From contig NC_068982.1 of NCBI RefSeq assembly GCF_001194135.2, forward strand, positions 146,797,494 to 146,861,493: 64,000 nt of DNA. The letters run 5' to 3'. The translations under genes were made by a program, and so were the position numbers. The notes under the pieces were generated by a model that was not told the origin of the DNA, did not search any database, and saw only the letters and a program-made list of their open reading frames with translations. Origin of the DNA: Octopus bimaculoides. Taxonomy: Eukaryota. Positions 22,801-36,292 of this stretch are shown here, piece by piece (position 1 is the stretch's first letter; every line of letters starts with the position of its first letter).

Positions 22801-23859
22801 TCGAGGGCTTATACATCCCACTATTAGACTATGTTCTTTAGTCATTGTGCGGTGATCGTTTATAAGCTTTAAGCTTATGAAATACTATTATACACACACA
22901 CATACATATATACGTATAATGTTCAAAATGCTAAATCAAACACCAAGTTTCAAATAAAGCTAGTGCTGATTAATTACTTGCACTTTAGAAAGCTCACGTG
23001 CTACCAACAATAAAGTGTTGCTCAAACAAAGGAAGTTTCCATTCTTCACTCTTTGTCCGAAAGGTCAAACAACGTAGTAGAAAGGGGATCAAACTTCCTG
23101 AGCAAGTTTCATTCATCAATTCGTTATGACCACGGACGTACTCTTTCTGCCGTTCTTGTCAATCATGCCAACAACAGCAACTACGCTTTTTAACTTGAAA
23201 GCAGCTTACCAATTTCGCTTCCATATAACCAGCATCATCACCGCCTCTCATTTTTACTCGTTATTATGGGTGTCTTAACTCAAAACCTGAACTAATCTAC
23301 TATATTACCCCACCCCAGTCACTCCACTAAATAATTTAAAGTTTCACTGTGTCTGCGTTTATGCAACATGCATCCCAATCAATCTACAGAATTTTAAATT
23401 AGATGCCCACGTATTCTTGTGAATAAGAGACAATATTTTTTATCTCAAATATATCTGTGAAGTATGTATGCATGTATGGATAGATGGATATATTTGTCAC
23501 GTTAATATATANNNNNNNNNNTCATAATAAACACATTTTAACCGAATGCGAGGAAATGCAACTCTCAAAAACTGGTCTCTTAAAAACAGACTGAAATATA
23601 TATCGAACGATTTCACGATTATTACAGCAATATGTAACTTTCGATCATCAGTATAGTATGGTCAAAATATATAAAAATAAACAAGTGATTCAACATACCA
23701 AAACGAACACCCATGTATCCGGCATAGTACATAGAAGATTGTTTATATCTATATATCTATGTAAAAGGCATATTAACACCCACTCACACACACACACACA
23801 TATTAACATGACTTCTTAAAATTATAGACCTGTCTTTCTAACAGCACATATCAACAAAA

Positions 23860-25010
23860 TCAGGAACGCATATTCAGGAGGAAACTGATCGCTTTCGTCG
23901 AAGATAATGACATGCTCCGAAACACCCAGCATGGTTTCCGCTCAGGAAGAAACTGCATTACACAGCTTTTGCAGCATTATAACTGGGTGTTGAAATAATT
24001 AATGAATCGCTCAAACGTGGACTTTGCAAAGACCTTTGATAATATGTCACACGCTACGGATACTCGGCATAGTCAGAAAACTGGAGAGTGGTTGCATGAA
24101 TTCTTAAAAGACAGAAGTCAGGCTGTCACAGCCAATGAAGCCCTCTCCAAGGAGACAGTAATAGAGAGTGGAGTGCCACAAGGAACTGTCTTGGGGCCGC
24201 TTCTGTTTATGGTAGCTCTTTCAGACATTCCATCAGTTACACAAACAGCCGCACTTACTAGCAATGCCGACGACACAAAGGTAGTACAAATAGTCAAAGG
24301 ACCTTCCGATGCAAATCTTCTATATAAAGACCTAGATGCTATATATAAATGGGCTGAAGAAAACGACATGCAATTTAATCCAGAGAAATTCCAAGCCCTC
24401 CACTATCAGCTACCTAGTGTTTGCATACGGCAACAACGATACTTTGGGCCACAAGTTGCGGCAGTACAGTGCGTGATCTGGAGATTGATATGAGCAACGA
24501 CACCTCGTTTCACGTACATATCACCAAAATGATGGCAATGTGTAAGCGAATGGCCGGATGGATTCTGAGAACTTTCACGAGTATGCTGGTTTTATGGAGG
24601 ACATTTGTACTCAGCAGTCTGGATTACTGCTCTCAACTGTAGTCATCTAAAAGTGTCAAATTAATACTGGAACTTGTGGCAGTTGAGTGGTGCTACATTA
24701 AGTAGATTGCATCAATAGAACAGCTGAGCTACTGGGAAAGGCTGAGAGAGCTACGACTCTACTCCCTGGAGCAAAGATGGAAGAGGCATGCTGTGATATA
24801 CACGTATTAAAGACTGTTGAGGGGTTGGTAACAAACTTTGACATCTAGAGCTATACTAGCCCTCGAACTGGACGTCACTGCGGTGTCCCAATGGTCCCAG
24901 CTATCCCGTCTAGAGTGAGGACCATGTATTGAAATAACTCGGGATTCAAGAGTTCATAGATATTTAATGCCTTGTCAAAGCATCTGCGAGATCTTTCGGC
25001 AAATTCCAGA
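23860..25010 (+). mobile_element. CR1/L2-group LINE reverse transcriptase, decayed 3' portion
   Basis: QHGFRSG, DFAKTFD, SGVPQGTVLGPLLF, NADDTK (eroded YADD), MQFNPEKF, WILRTF, LDYCSQL. Several frameshifts and stops. Confidence 0.93.
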
Positions 25011-25763
25011 AGCTGATAACGTGCATTTAAAAGCTTCTATACTGTTATTTGCTACCATATGTTACCGTAGAGCAGAGGTATTCCTTGTACCTGATAAGCA
25101 CGTCGAACTCCGTAAGTGTATAGAATTTATATAAATAATTATACAAGGAGATGGAATGAACAGGCTTCAATTATAAATTATATTTCTCTCTGTGCAGTGG
25201 CACCAGCTGCAAGTTGTTGAGTTTTAAGTCTCATACTGTTACATTAAATATTTCATAAATAATTACCTTACATCAGCTACTGGATCATATCTGTTTATGC
25301 AATTATTTATGAAATAATTTATGAATTGGTATGAAGCTGAAAACTCAGCAACTTGCAGCTGTTGCCGTACACAGAACCCAATATAATTTCCATGTAGTAT
25401 ATATCAATATTTATATGTTCAAATATGAAATTGAAGCAGCGCTAGTTTAATTAACTTTATCGATCACATACTATACTTAACATATATGCTTAGTGTAATT
25501 GCCAGTAGGCTGCTAAGTAGCGTGGTAGAGAAAACGTTCGCAAAGGAATGGGTGTTAAAACATCTGAAAGTCACAGGCAGACAAGGTATCACAACTCCAG
25601 CATTATCTAAAAGGATTTATTATACTAGCGCTGCTTCTATTTCATGACCTTCAGGTGTTTTAACACCCGGCGCTTTGAGAAAGTTATATCCATTACGCCA
25701 CATCACATCCTACCGGCAAATACACTAAGAATTTACGTTAAGTATATGTGATTGATAATGTTT

Positions 25764-25801
<38 letters not shown>

Positions 25802-26719
25802 TAAATATATATATATATATATACATACACATGTGTATATATGTTTGTATGCACATATATGTGCGTGTGTGTGTGCGTGCGTATGTGTGTATGTGCGTGC
25901 GTGTGTGTGTGTGTGTGTGTATGTTATTTCGGAGACATACTTTTCTAGTAAGTGATTTTATTTGAGACTGCATTTTGAATTTGAAAACAATAACAGCTTG
26001 GAAGACATTCAAAAACATACACAAGCTACTAATTTCTCTGTAACATTTATTATTTGGTGTCGAAACGGTCAATTTGGAACTGTATCAATGACCATATAAC
26101 AGTTGGTACGACGAAAACTTTGTCACGAAATAATGAATGAGTAAATGGAGGTAGCAGGTTTTATGTATTTTTGAATGGCTATTATGTATCTTCACATCAT
26201 TCGTTGAAAGATAACTTCACAGAAACTCCACACACCATATCGCGTACAATATCTTCAAACCTAATCTATTAGAATAGCATCAATGTAATAAAATCCAAGG
26301 ATGCATTATTTCACACCATCATTCAATGTGTTTTGTAGCCAAACACATCCATAGGTTAAAAAAAAAAGGACGAAAGTATACGTTCGCCTGTACACCTTTA
26401 TATATTCCCAGTCATACTAGCATTTGTCTTGCTAATTTCTTAATGTCAGAAGGTGGAAAATTTGAGAAATTTTATATAAACAAACTTCAAACGTTTTACA
26501 ATCAAACCAGTCGGTTGATGACTAGAAACGTGACCTTCTAGGATCTCGCAAGCGCATTAAAAGCGACTTCCTATACACACATACACACAAATATTTATTA
26601 AATGCTACATTCCGACGAGCACTATTAAAGCTAGAAAATAGGTCTATACATGAGCAAATATATGTATGTGTCTACGCACACACACACATATATTTCGAAA
26701 TAGGGAGTAACAAACAGTC

Positions 26720-26900
26720 AACAGCTGAGGAGTTACACTTCTTTTGGTATTTTGTGCCGTACTTGTGCTTGCGTATTTTTCACTCGTTGTCGATGTCCTG
26801 TTCTTACTGTGTATTTTTGGATTTTTCTTGTCCTGTTCTTGTCTCTCGTGTGTTTGCGTGTTTTTCGCTCGTTGGTGATGTCCTGTACTTAATGTGTATT
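26720..26900. repeat. Imperfect tandem duplication (about 40-bp unit, about 85 bp apart), pyrimidine-rich
   Basis: ttttcactcgttgtcgatgtcctgttcttactgtgtatt versus ttttcgctcgttggtgatgtcctgtacttaatgtgtatt. Confidence 0.8.
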
Positions 26901-27889
26901 ATANNNNNNNNNNATATAAATGAGTAACAAGGATGTACAGGTATCAATTCATTACGGCCGTTTCAAGCGACTCCTTTAATTCATCAATAAAAACATTACA
27001 TCACTGTAAAAAAAACCTTTTCATCAAATGACTGCATTGACTTCACACACAACGGACAAACCAACTGCTTTACCATATTCGTATCATCTACGGAGCTCCA
27101 ATATTTACATTGATTCTGCTGTTGTATCTTGGCAGAATGAGTTTAGAAAAATAGTCAATGTTGTGTCGAATCTAGTAGAACTTAGAGGTTAGTAGAGGTT
27201 ATAGTTAGTGGGGAGGAATAATTGAGAGTAGTGACCTAATTACCTACACTTCGAAGACAACAGGGGAATGCAGTCTTCAATCATCAAAAACTAAATCTTT
27301 TGGGAGTTGAAGCTGTATTCCAGACAAAGGTGATAAATTAATTAATATCATGACAACCTATTAGACAATCTAAGTACTGGAACCTTATATCCGGCTTTGT
27401 CTACACCAAAGGGTGAAGCTTGGAGTGATAAAAGAAGGTAGAATGCCTGATGGGGAAGGGGTGATAGCTGGAAGAAAGAAGGATAGGAAGAGCTAATAAA
27501 ATTTATTTTAATTGCTATCTTAAAGGGGAATGTAATGAAAAAGACTATAGGAATAAAGTATTAGAAATTAGGGGTGGAAGATAAGAACAGCGAATAAGAG
27601 TAGGCGTACAATGCAACTCAGCATACATATAATGTTAAATCAAGATATAATTAAACATATAGATGAAGGCTAGAAGTTACACTTACAAATTTTAATAGGG
27701 GGATACTTTAAGGTATCAGAGAAATATTAAGACTTTTCATAAATGTAGAGTATAGAATACCCTGGTAAAGCATATGATGAATGTATAACGGAAATATTTA
27801 TAATGTAAATATATACTTATAGTATGCAATTACACTGTTATTAAACTCCTTCCTATCAAATAGGGGTGGGTAAAGATAGGATATAGTAA

Positions 27890-28690
27890 AAAATGTGTTG
27901 CAGATGAGTCCAAACTCCAGAAAGCCATAAAACGGTACGGGAGACCGAACATACCTTCAGTTGGATCTGTCCAATGGGCGGAAAAAACAAAATGCTTCTA
28001 AATGAAGATAAGTTTGATTTAATCCACTTTGGAAAAGAGGATACTCTGAAATTACCATGTGCTCTTCCCTCAGGCGACTCCCTAGTGTCATCCAACAACA
28101 TCAGAGACCTTGAAGCAATTGTTGATAACGGTCTAAGCTGGAGTTCCCACGTAAGTAGCAAGGCTGACTTGGTCCGCAAGATATGCTCCTAGATTCTGAG
28201 AACTTTCCGGTCTAGAAATGCTCACACCATCATCCTTCTCTACTCTACTTTTGCCCGACCCCATCTTGAATACTGTTGCCCACTGTGGTCTCCTCACACG
28301 AAGCAACTCATTATGAAGGTGGAAGCACTCCAGAGGTCAATAACAAGAAAGATAGACGGCATGAGAGGCATTGACTATTGGGGTCAACTAAAAAAATTAA
28401 TCTCTACTCTCTCCAACGCCGCCGGGAGCGCTACATCATTTGTGTGGTGTGGAAAATATCCTATCAATATTGCACAAATGATGTTAGTATCAATTTTAAA
28501 ATCCACCCAAGACTTGACCCCCGTGCTATCCGCCCACTACAAAAATCGAACTCAGGACACATAACAACATTACATCACTACTACTTTACTTCAACCAGTC
28601 CAGCTCTCTTTAAAACCATACCAAAATACGTCAAACGGAAACAGATCCCATAAAATTCAAAATTTCACTGGACAAATTTCTGAGTTGTGC
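27890..28690 (+). mobile_element. CR1/L2-group LINE, 5'-truncated RT C-terminal fragment
   Basis: NKMLLNEDKFDLIHFG, IRDLEAIVDNGLSW, ILRTF, RPHLEYCCPLWSP, VEALQRSITRKI, LYSLQRRRERY. One stop and a frameshift. Confidence 0.92.
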
Positions 28691-28912
28691 CCCATATATG
28701 ACTAAAATATTTCACCAGGTGGTGCTATTAAGTTAGACATGGTTTAGGCCTATACTGGCCGAAACCTGTTAAAGTTATCAGTTATCAAAGTAATGTTTAG
28801 GATAAGTAAATTAGAGATATTAAAGAATATAAAGAACTACATTCAGATACAAGATTTAAATAAATTTAGTCCTACAATCACATAATGAATATAGCTCTTT
28901 AATTCTTTTATT

Positions 28913-29078
28913 ATTTTACTTGTTTCAGTCATTTGACTGCGGCCATGCTGGAGCACAGCCCTTAGTCGAGCAAATCGACCCCCAGAACTTATTGTTTGTA
29001 AGCCTAGTACTTATTCTATCGGTCTCTTCTACGGGGACATAAACACACCAGCATCGGTTGTCAAGCGATGTTGGGAGA

Positions 29079-29080
<2 letters not shown>
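28913..29080 (-). mobile_element. SINE family B, 3' half
   Basis: Matches 11845-12050 and abuts (CA)n at the internal-microsatellite position. Confidence 0.9.
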
Positions 29081-29129
<49 letters not shown>

Positions 29130-29218
29130 ACACGTACATTACATCTATTGGCCAGCTAACCCATCATCGGACTTAAAGTATGGAGTACCCGTCCAATTGT
29201 GTTTACTATAACTGAAAA

Positions 29219-29430
29219 GAGGTGGCGTGCTGGCAGAATCGTTAGCACACAGGGAAAAACATTTAGCAGCATTTTGTCCAACTTTATGTTCTGGGTTCAA
29301 GTGCCACCGAGGTCCACTTTGCCTTTCATCTTTTGGGGTGGATAAAATAAATAGCAATTGAGTACCGGGGTCGATCTAATCGTCTAATCTCGCCTCTCAA
29401 ATTGCTGGCGTTGTATCAAAATTTTAAACC
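29219..29430 (+). mobile_element. SINE family A, diverged full-length copy
   Basis: ggtggcgtgctggcagaatcgttagcac...gttctgggttcaag...ctttgcctttcatc...ggggtcgatctaatcg. Confidence 0.9.
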
Positions 29431-29434
29431 CATA

Positions 29435-29470
<36 letters not shown>

Positions 29471-31146
29471 TATANNNNNNNNNNNNNNNNNNNNNNNNNN
29501 NNNNNNNNNNNNNNNNNNNNNNNNNNNNNNNNNNNNNNNNNNNNNNNNNNNNNNNNNNNNNNNNNNNNNNNNNNNNNNNNNNNNNNNNNNNNNNNNNNNN
29601 NNNNNNNNNNNNNNNNNNNNNNNNNNNNNNNNNNNNNNNNNNNNNNNNNNNNNNNNNNNNNNNNNNNNNNNNNNNNNNNNNNNNNNNNNNNNNNNNNNNN
29701 NNNNNNNNNNNNNNNNNNNNNNNNNNNNNNNNNNNNNNNNNNNNNNNNNNNNNNNNNNNNNNNNNNNNNNNNNNNNNNNNNNNNNNNNNNNNNNNNNNNN
29801 NNNNNNNNNNNNNNNNNNNNNNNNNNNNNNNNNNNNNNNNNNNNNNNNNNNNNNNNNNNNNNNNNNNNNNNNNNNNNNNNNNNNNNNNNNNNNNNNNNNN
29901 NNNNNNNNNNNNNNNNNNNNNNNNNNNNNNNNNNNNNNNNNNNNNNNNNNNNNNNNNNNNNNNNNNNNNNNNNNNNNNNNNNNNNNNNNNNNNNNNNNNN
30001 NNNNNNNNNNNNNNNNNNNNNNNNNNNNNNNNNNNNNNNNNNNNNNNNNNNNNNNNNNNNNNNNNNNNNNNNNNNNNNNNNNNNNNNNNNNNNNNNNNNN
30101 NNNNNNNNNNNNNNNNNNNNNNNNNNNNNNNNNNNNNNNNNNNNNNNNNNNNNNNNNNNNNNNNNNNNNNNNNNNNNNNNNNNNNNNNNNNNNNNNNNNN
30201 NNNNNNNNNNNNNNNNNNNNNNNNNNNNNNNNNNNNNNNNNNNNNNNNNNNNNNNNNNNNNNNNNNNNNNNNNNNNNNNNNNNNNNNNNNNNNNNNNNNN
30301 NNNNNNNNNNNNNNNNNNNNNNNNNNNNNNNNNNNNNNNNNNNNNNNNNNNNNNNNNNNNNNNNNNNNNNNNNNNNNNNNNNNNNNNNNNNNNNNNNNNN
30401 NNNNNNNNNNNNNNNNNNNNNATATATATATATATATATAAATTGAAATACGCAACCGAAAGGGCTACTACTAATAGTTACATTCTTTTATGATACTTGA
30501 ACAAGCATATTTATAAAATACGCCATGTATCTTCAAGCAAGAGAGCCTGAAGGATTGCTTTAAAATACAAGGCGTATTTCATAAATATGCCGGTTCAACT
30601 ATCATAATAGCATGAAATTGTTAGTAACTCTTTTGGTTGTGTATTTAAATTGATATCTCGCACTGGATGGAGCAATTTTTTGTTGATTTTTACCTCTATT
30701 GGATCTTTAAGCTAACACACACACACACGCGCACATTACTCGCGCGCGCACACACATCACATATACACACACATATATACTTATATACACACTTACATAC
30801 CGTTGGAAAATATTAGCAACTTATCCAAATAGTCCAAAGATGTCTGCCAAGAAAACTCGCACACACGCACTTGTGCGCGCGCGCGCGTATCCTCTACAGC
30901 ACACAATTGTATGCATAGAGAATAGCAGGGTGTTGAAAATATTCATAAAAGTCAAGTGAGTCCGTAATATGGAGGGGCAAAAACTGTTCAATTGGTATTT
31001 TATTTCCCTGCTACCTTTCACACATCAGTACATTCAGTAATTGTCTATCGATATGCCCACGACAGCTGCTAATACATACATTACATACATGCATACAACA
31101 TACATACAAACATGAATATAGACGTATATATATGCATGTATGTATA

Positions 31147-31210
<64 letters not shown>

Positions 31211-32118
31211 TACACACTATACACATGTATATGAGTATATATTTCGTCAGGGAAATTTTATTGATACGCTTTATGTTCTCAAGCGGTCAAATAAAAAAAA
31301 AATCTTGTTTAAACTGTTTCCACTTCAGGTCATCACACTTTTACATTGATATACACGTTAAGAGAGTTTCCTACTTCAACATCGCTTTCTAGGCTTTCTT
31401 CTCCAGTGAGGAATACCTTTTGGAAGTTACACTCATTCTCTCCCTCACACACACTCTCTCTCTCTCTTCAACCTTTTCGTCAAACAATGCATATTTCTTA
31501 TGGCACAAATGTGAAAACGAAAGCCAGAAAGAAGTAGAAAAGTAAGAGTAAAAAGTTGGAGGAGAAGAAGAAATTAGTTATTTATTCATCATCAGCTATT
31601 TAACAAGCGAGGGTTTTCAGATAAGATTTCACTTATTTCATTCAATAAAGACCTACAGAAAATAAAACGTATAATAAAAGAAATGAATAATAATAAAAAA
31701 AGTGGGTATGAAATAAATAGGAAATATTTCTATATATTCAGGGATGAAATAAATATAACAAAGTAAACAGAAGAAAAGGATTATATGTTAGTCATGTTAG
31801 TTGCAAATATCAAAGAAAAGATACATTTAACAACAGGAAGGGGTAAATACAAAGGGAATAAGAGCAATTTACCTTTAACTGAAATAGCCTTTGACAATAT
31901 GAGAATGGAACAATAAACTTACTTTTGGTGAATACCTGAACTAAAAACTTGAACTCTTCAGTGAACGCCGACTTGAAGTTTTACGTTGGAAATTTCCATT
32001 TATTAGATTTATACTTGCAATGAATTAATAATTACACAGCGCATAGTTTGTAAAGTATAGGTGACATGGCAGATCAAATCTATCTATCTAGCTAGCTAGC
32101 AAGCTAACTAGCTAAATC

Positions 32119-32189
<71 letters not shown>

Positions 32190-32325
32190 CTATCTCGCTC
32201 TCTCTCTCTCTTTCTCTCTATCTATCAGTCTGTCTATCTGTCTATCTCTATCTCTATCTCTCTCTTTCTTTCTCTCTCTCTATCTCTTTCTATCACACTC
32301 TATCTCTTTCTAACTCTCTCTATTT

Positions 32326-32385
<60 letters not shown>

Positions 32386-32524
32386 GACACAAGCACGTAT
32401 TTATCTGTCCGTACTCATACAAAATACACATTCATTTACATGCATACTTACATACATACCTGTGCGCACGCCTATATTTATTTGTGTTTATCTTTGTGCA
32501 TTCATGTGTGCGAGAGCACTCGCG

Positions 32525-32830
32525 TGAAGTAGTCATATCTGAAGAGCTAAGGAGTTTAAATTACAGTCGTGAAGCACTGGATTCGAACCCACAGCATGGT
32601 ATCTTGGCTTTTACTGTCATCGCCTGAAACTTATGCGAAGACTTGTGGAGGTGGAAACTGTGTGGAAACTTGTTAGAGGGACTATACCTGTAATTCAATT
32701 ATCCAGTCTTGCCGGACTGTATCACGTTGATTCTACTTGAGATTTATGTTAAGGGTACACATCTCTGGAATACTCAGCCACTTATGTAAATTTCAATGAA
32801 TACATTGTTGAATTGGTTAGACAACGTGAC
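32525..32830 (+). mobile_element. Old tRNA-derived SINE sharing its 3' part with the 38485 element
   Basis: B-box-like gattcgaaccc. The 3' cctgtaattcaa...gttaagggtacacatctctggaatactcagccactta matches 38688-38790. Confidence 0.65.
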
Positions 32831-32895
32831 ACGTGCACGTTGTTTCGGCATACATACATTCATACATACGCTCACACATTCATTCATACATACAT

Positions 32896-32936
<41 letters not shown>

Positions 32937-33399
32937 CGCGCGTGTGTGTGTGCGTGTGTGTGACAGAGAGAGAGAACGAGAGGGAGATTAAGTGCGTGCA
33001 TGTGTGCGTATGTATGTATGTATGTATGTATGTATGTATCTATGTATGTATGTTTGTATGCATGTATGTATACTTATATATATGTATACAGAGAGATACA
33101 TTTGATATAATAGATTTTTACTCAATTCCAATGAGTACAGAAGACGGCAATATTGAAACCCTAATGCATAACAGAAAATCCTTCTTGTCTTCAAGTGCTC
33201 CCTCTACGTCAAGAAATGTGATCTAGTCGACATTCTTCACCTAAGAAGGGGGACATAATCTACACAGAAGTTATAGGACGATAGCACAAAATCAATCTTT
33301 TGTAGATTTTCTTTAGACGCAGCTCTAAACTTAACCACTAACTTTCATAAATCTTACAGTATGTCAAATGAGAAACTAGCATATATATATACACTAACT

Positions 33400-34260
33400 C
33401 TTACCCCCGACCAATATGGCATGAAAACGTGTTTAAACATTTGGCTACTGAATCTTCACTTAAACGTCTAATAAAATTATTTGATATCGGAACACTAGGT
33501 AACAATAAAGTCCTGTAGCAACAATGAAGCTCTGAAGCCAGTAGATTTAAATCATCTGGATCTCTAGCGCACAGCAACGGAAAAATAACAAAAAACCAGC
33601 GTAATATGATATAGTTTATGCAATCTTTTCCCTTAACGTTTAATCAAACAAAGTAGAGTGAATCTAGTCGTTAATTAACTAAAAATTTCCTAAAATCTAC
33701 GTATAGAAAACTGATAAGTAATACCTAAAATCTAATAAAACCTGACTAACAATATAGAAATGCTTATATATTAAACTCATCGATAACAAAATCGGGATAA
33801 ATATACATGTAGAAACACTATGACATATCTACATTTTATTTCTATACTATGTTGAAGCTACTTCTACTAAACTATGCTACAAAGAATGGTACAAAGATGC
33901 AATGCTATTATGGAGAGTAAATTAAAACATGTATCTATATTTATAGTTCATCGTTCATACACAGCTATTAAAGAAATGTCTTATGAATTCCGTATAAGAC
34001 CCAGCCCCTGAAAAGAAATTTAATAAACTTTAATATGAAGTGGAAAACATTGGAAATATTGAGATCATATGAAATGGAAATCAGTCGAGAAAAGTCACAC
34101 TCTACCCAATATGCACACATTTAGAAATAACTTAATTGCAAAAACTGGGATTCTTGTGAAGTGTATATACTACGAAAAACACCCTTCATAAAACTGAAGA
34201 TCCTTCGATAAGAACCTGCCACGTATCATATCCCACTGTAAAGCCGCGACCGCATCAATA
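33400..34260 (+). mobile_element. Highly decayed Penelope-like RT-thumb/GIY-YIG region
   Basis: RNMI*FMQSF (compare RxIIWFNPP), YTCRN (compare YSCMxN) and FNMKWKTL (compare Y/FxIxWxI) occur in the expected order. Confidence 0.5.
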
Positions 34261-35306
34261 CTAATGAATTTTGTAATTTTCAATTACAGACAGTATTCAT
34301 AAAATTTCATAAGTTTATAAGTCTATATCTTAAAGCTATTACATAATTTTCCTAGTTTTCTATTTTCCTGTGTGTATATGTATATATCTTTACAAACCTT
34401 TAACCGTGTGTGTGTGTGTTTGTGTGTGCGTTTGTGTATCTATACATTTGAATTTTTGTACTATTCTATGTCTGCGGTTGTGTGGGTATATATATGTTTG
34501 TGTGTGTGTATGTATTTGTGTGAGAGAGAGAGAGGAAGAGAAAGCGAGAGTGTATGTGTATGTATATAGTCATATTTTATTTTTACAACATGAATATGCC
34601 TTAATCATATTTCCTTTTGCTGCAAATTGGTACTATTTAAAGGCCAAGCCCTAATTTCTTTAGTAAATCAAGTGCAATAACGCCGCTATTGAAATTTCAA
34701 GACTTATTGACCTAATCTGAAGTGGAAATCTTGTTTCTCTCTGATATGTCCTTTGTAACATATTAAACATTCACTGGTGTAGAACCGCTCGATTTTGAGC
34801 AAACAAAATGAAATGCACCAAACTACATTTGAAAGCCAGCGCAATATTATTACGTGTTCCATTTATTTATATTTTTTATTTCTGAAAATTTTCTGCAGTT
34901 TTCTCTTCCTTCTCTTTCTGCCTCTGTAATGTATCTCTAAGCGTGTCTTTTTGGTGAGACTTATTCAGAAATATCCAATCAGAATGAAATACTTCGTTAT
35001 AGAGACCACAAGTAGAATGCTTATTTGATACGGCCTGAGCCAATAACGAACCATTTGAGAAGCAAATAATTACGGAGTAAGAAACGTTAATTTATACCAT
35101 ATTTTTAGTAATTAATTCCACCCACGATAGCAGTGACTACACTGTTGAGTAACTAATCGGTAAAGCAAAACGTGACACATACATCACTCAAGTCCCCAGA
35201 TTTTCTGAGAGAAACGGTTGCTAGCGCTTTATTTAATTATTTTTCATTTCAGTAATAAGGGCTGATCCCTGGTATTCACAACAAACCTTCTCACAATACT
35301 GAACCT

Positions 35307-35352
<46 letters not shown>

Positions 35353-35786
35353 ACACACACATATGTATATATACATGTGCGTGTGCATATATATATATAT
35401 ATATACATACATATGTATGTACATGTCTGAGTGACGTATGTATATGTGTGAGTGTGTGTATATGTGTGTTGTACTGAGGTCAATAACAACGGAGCATTTA
35501 CTGATGGTGAGACGACTGATTAGAATCTTTCTCAATATCAGATGGAGGGACACAAAATTGCCTCGACCAAAGTTACTCATTGAAGATGTATGTAGACACG
35601 CATCGGAATTAAAAAGATAATCTATGTAGCCGGTTTAATCCACAACACTATTTCCCAAAGTATTTGGCTTTACTCCTATTTTAAAGATAGATATAATACT
35701 ACTAATAGAGTGATGGGTGACATATCATATTATTATTATAAAAGGCACAGGGCGATTATTACTGTTATTATTTTTACATCTATTTA

Positions 35787-35983
35787 CGCGGTGAGCAGAC
35801 AGAACCGTTAGTAGACTGGACAAAATGCTTAGCGGTATTTCGTCTGCTATTACATTCTGAGTTCAAACTCTACCGATGTCGACTTTGCTTTTCATTTTTC
35901 GGAGTCGATAAATTAAGTACCAGTCGAGTACTGAGGCCGATGTGACCGACTTATCCCACCTCCAAAAATTTCAGGCCTCGTGC
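35787..35983 (+). mobile_element. SINE family A
   Basis: aaatgcttagcggtatttcgtctg...ttctgagttcaaa...gtcgactttgc...gtcgataaattaagtaccag...aaatttcaggcctcgtgc. Confidence 0.9.
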
Positions 35984-36292
35984 TGAGTGGTCAAAGTTAA
36001 TAGCCACCTCTCGGAACCGTTTCAGATCTCCCGATCGGTCCGCCAAGAGTACTCTCTCTCCTCCCTTCTGTGCATATTGACAATTGAGCCTTTACTGCGG
36101 AAGCTGGAGCTGCTGCAGGGCATCTCGCTCGAACTGGGACGCGGAAGGGTTGTGTGGACTAATGCAGAAGGCATCACTGTGATGGTGTCGTACACCTCAG
36201 AAAATGATGTGGTCGGCACATCATTGGAGGAATAAGAAAAGTTGACGGGAGCAAGGCTAAATCCGGTCAAATCGGTGGGCTTGCGGTTATGT
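35984..36292 (+). mobile_element. L1/Tx1-clade RT fragment
   Basis: VKVNSHLSEPFQISRSVRQEYSLSSLLCILTIEPLLRKL (compare SVRQGCPLSPLLYxLxxEPL)...*EKLTGARLNPVKSVGL. Confidence 0.85.

Noticed and set aside
23600-23665. Minus-strand CTGATGA-TC-GAAA
   Set aside because: There is no room for stem II, and the alternative downstream GAAA lacks proper closing pairs.
24002-24493. 163-aa ORF as a host gene
   Set aside because: It is a broken LINE reverse transcriptase with the catalytic motif eroded to NADD.
27050-27850. Purine-rich unique stretch, possibly a decayed Penelope RT
   Set aside because: Only one vague motif (GTLYP) could be read, which is not enough to assign.
29402-30493. 363-aa and 343-aa ORFs (also at 11.2, 13.0 and 59.7 kb)
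   Set aside because: Almost entirely X residues from assembly gaps.
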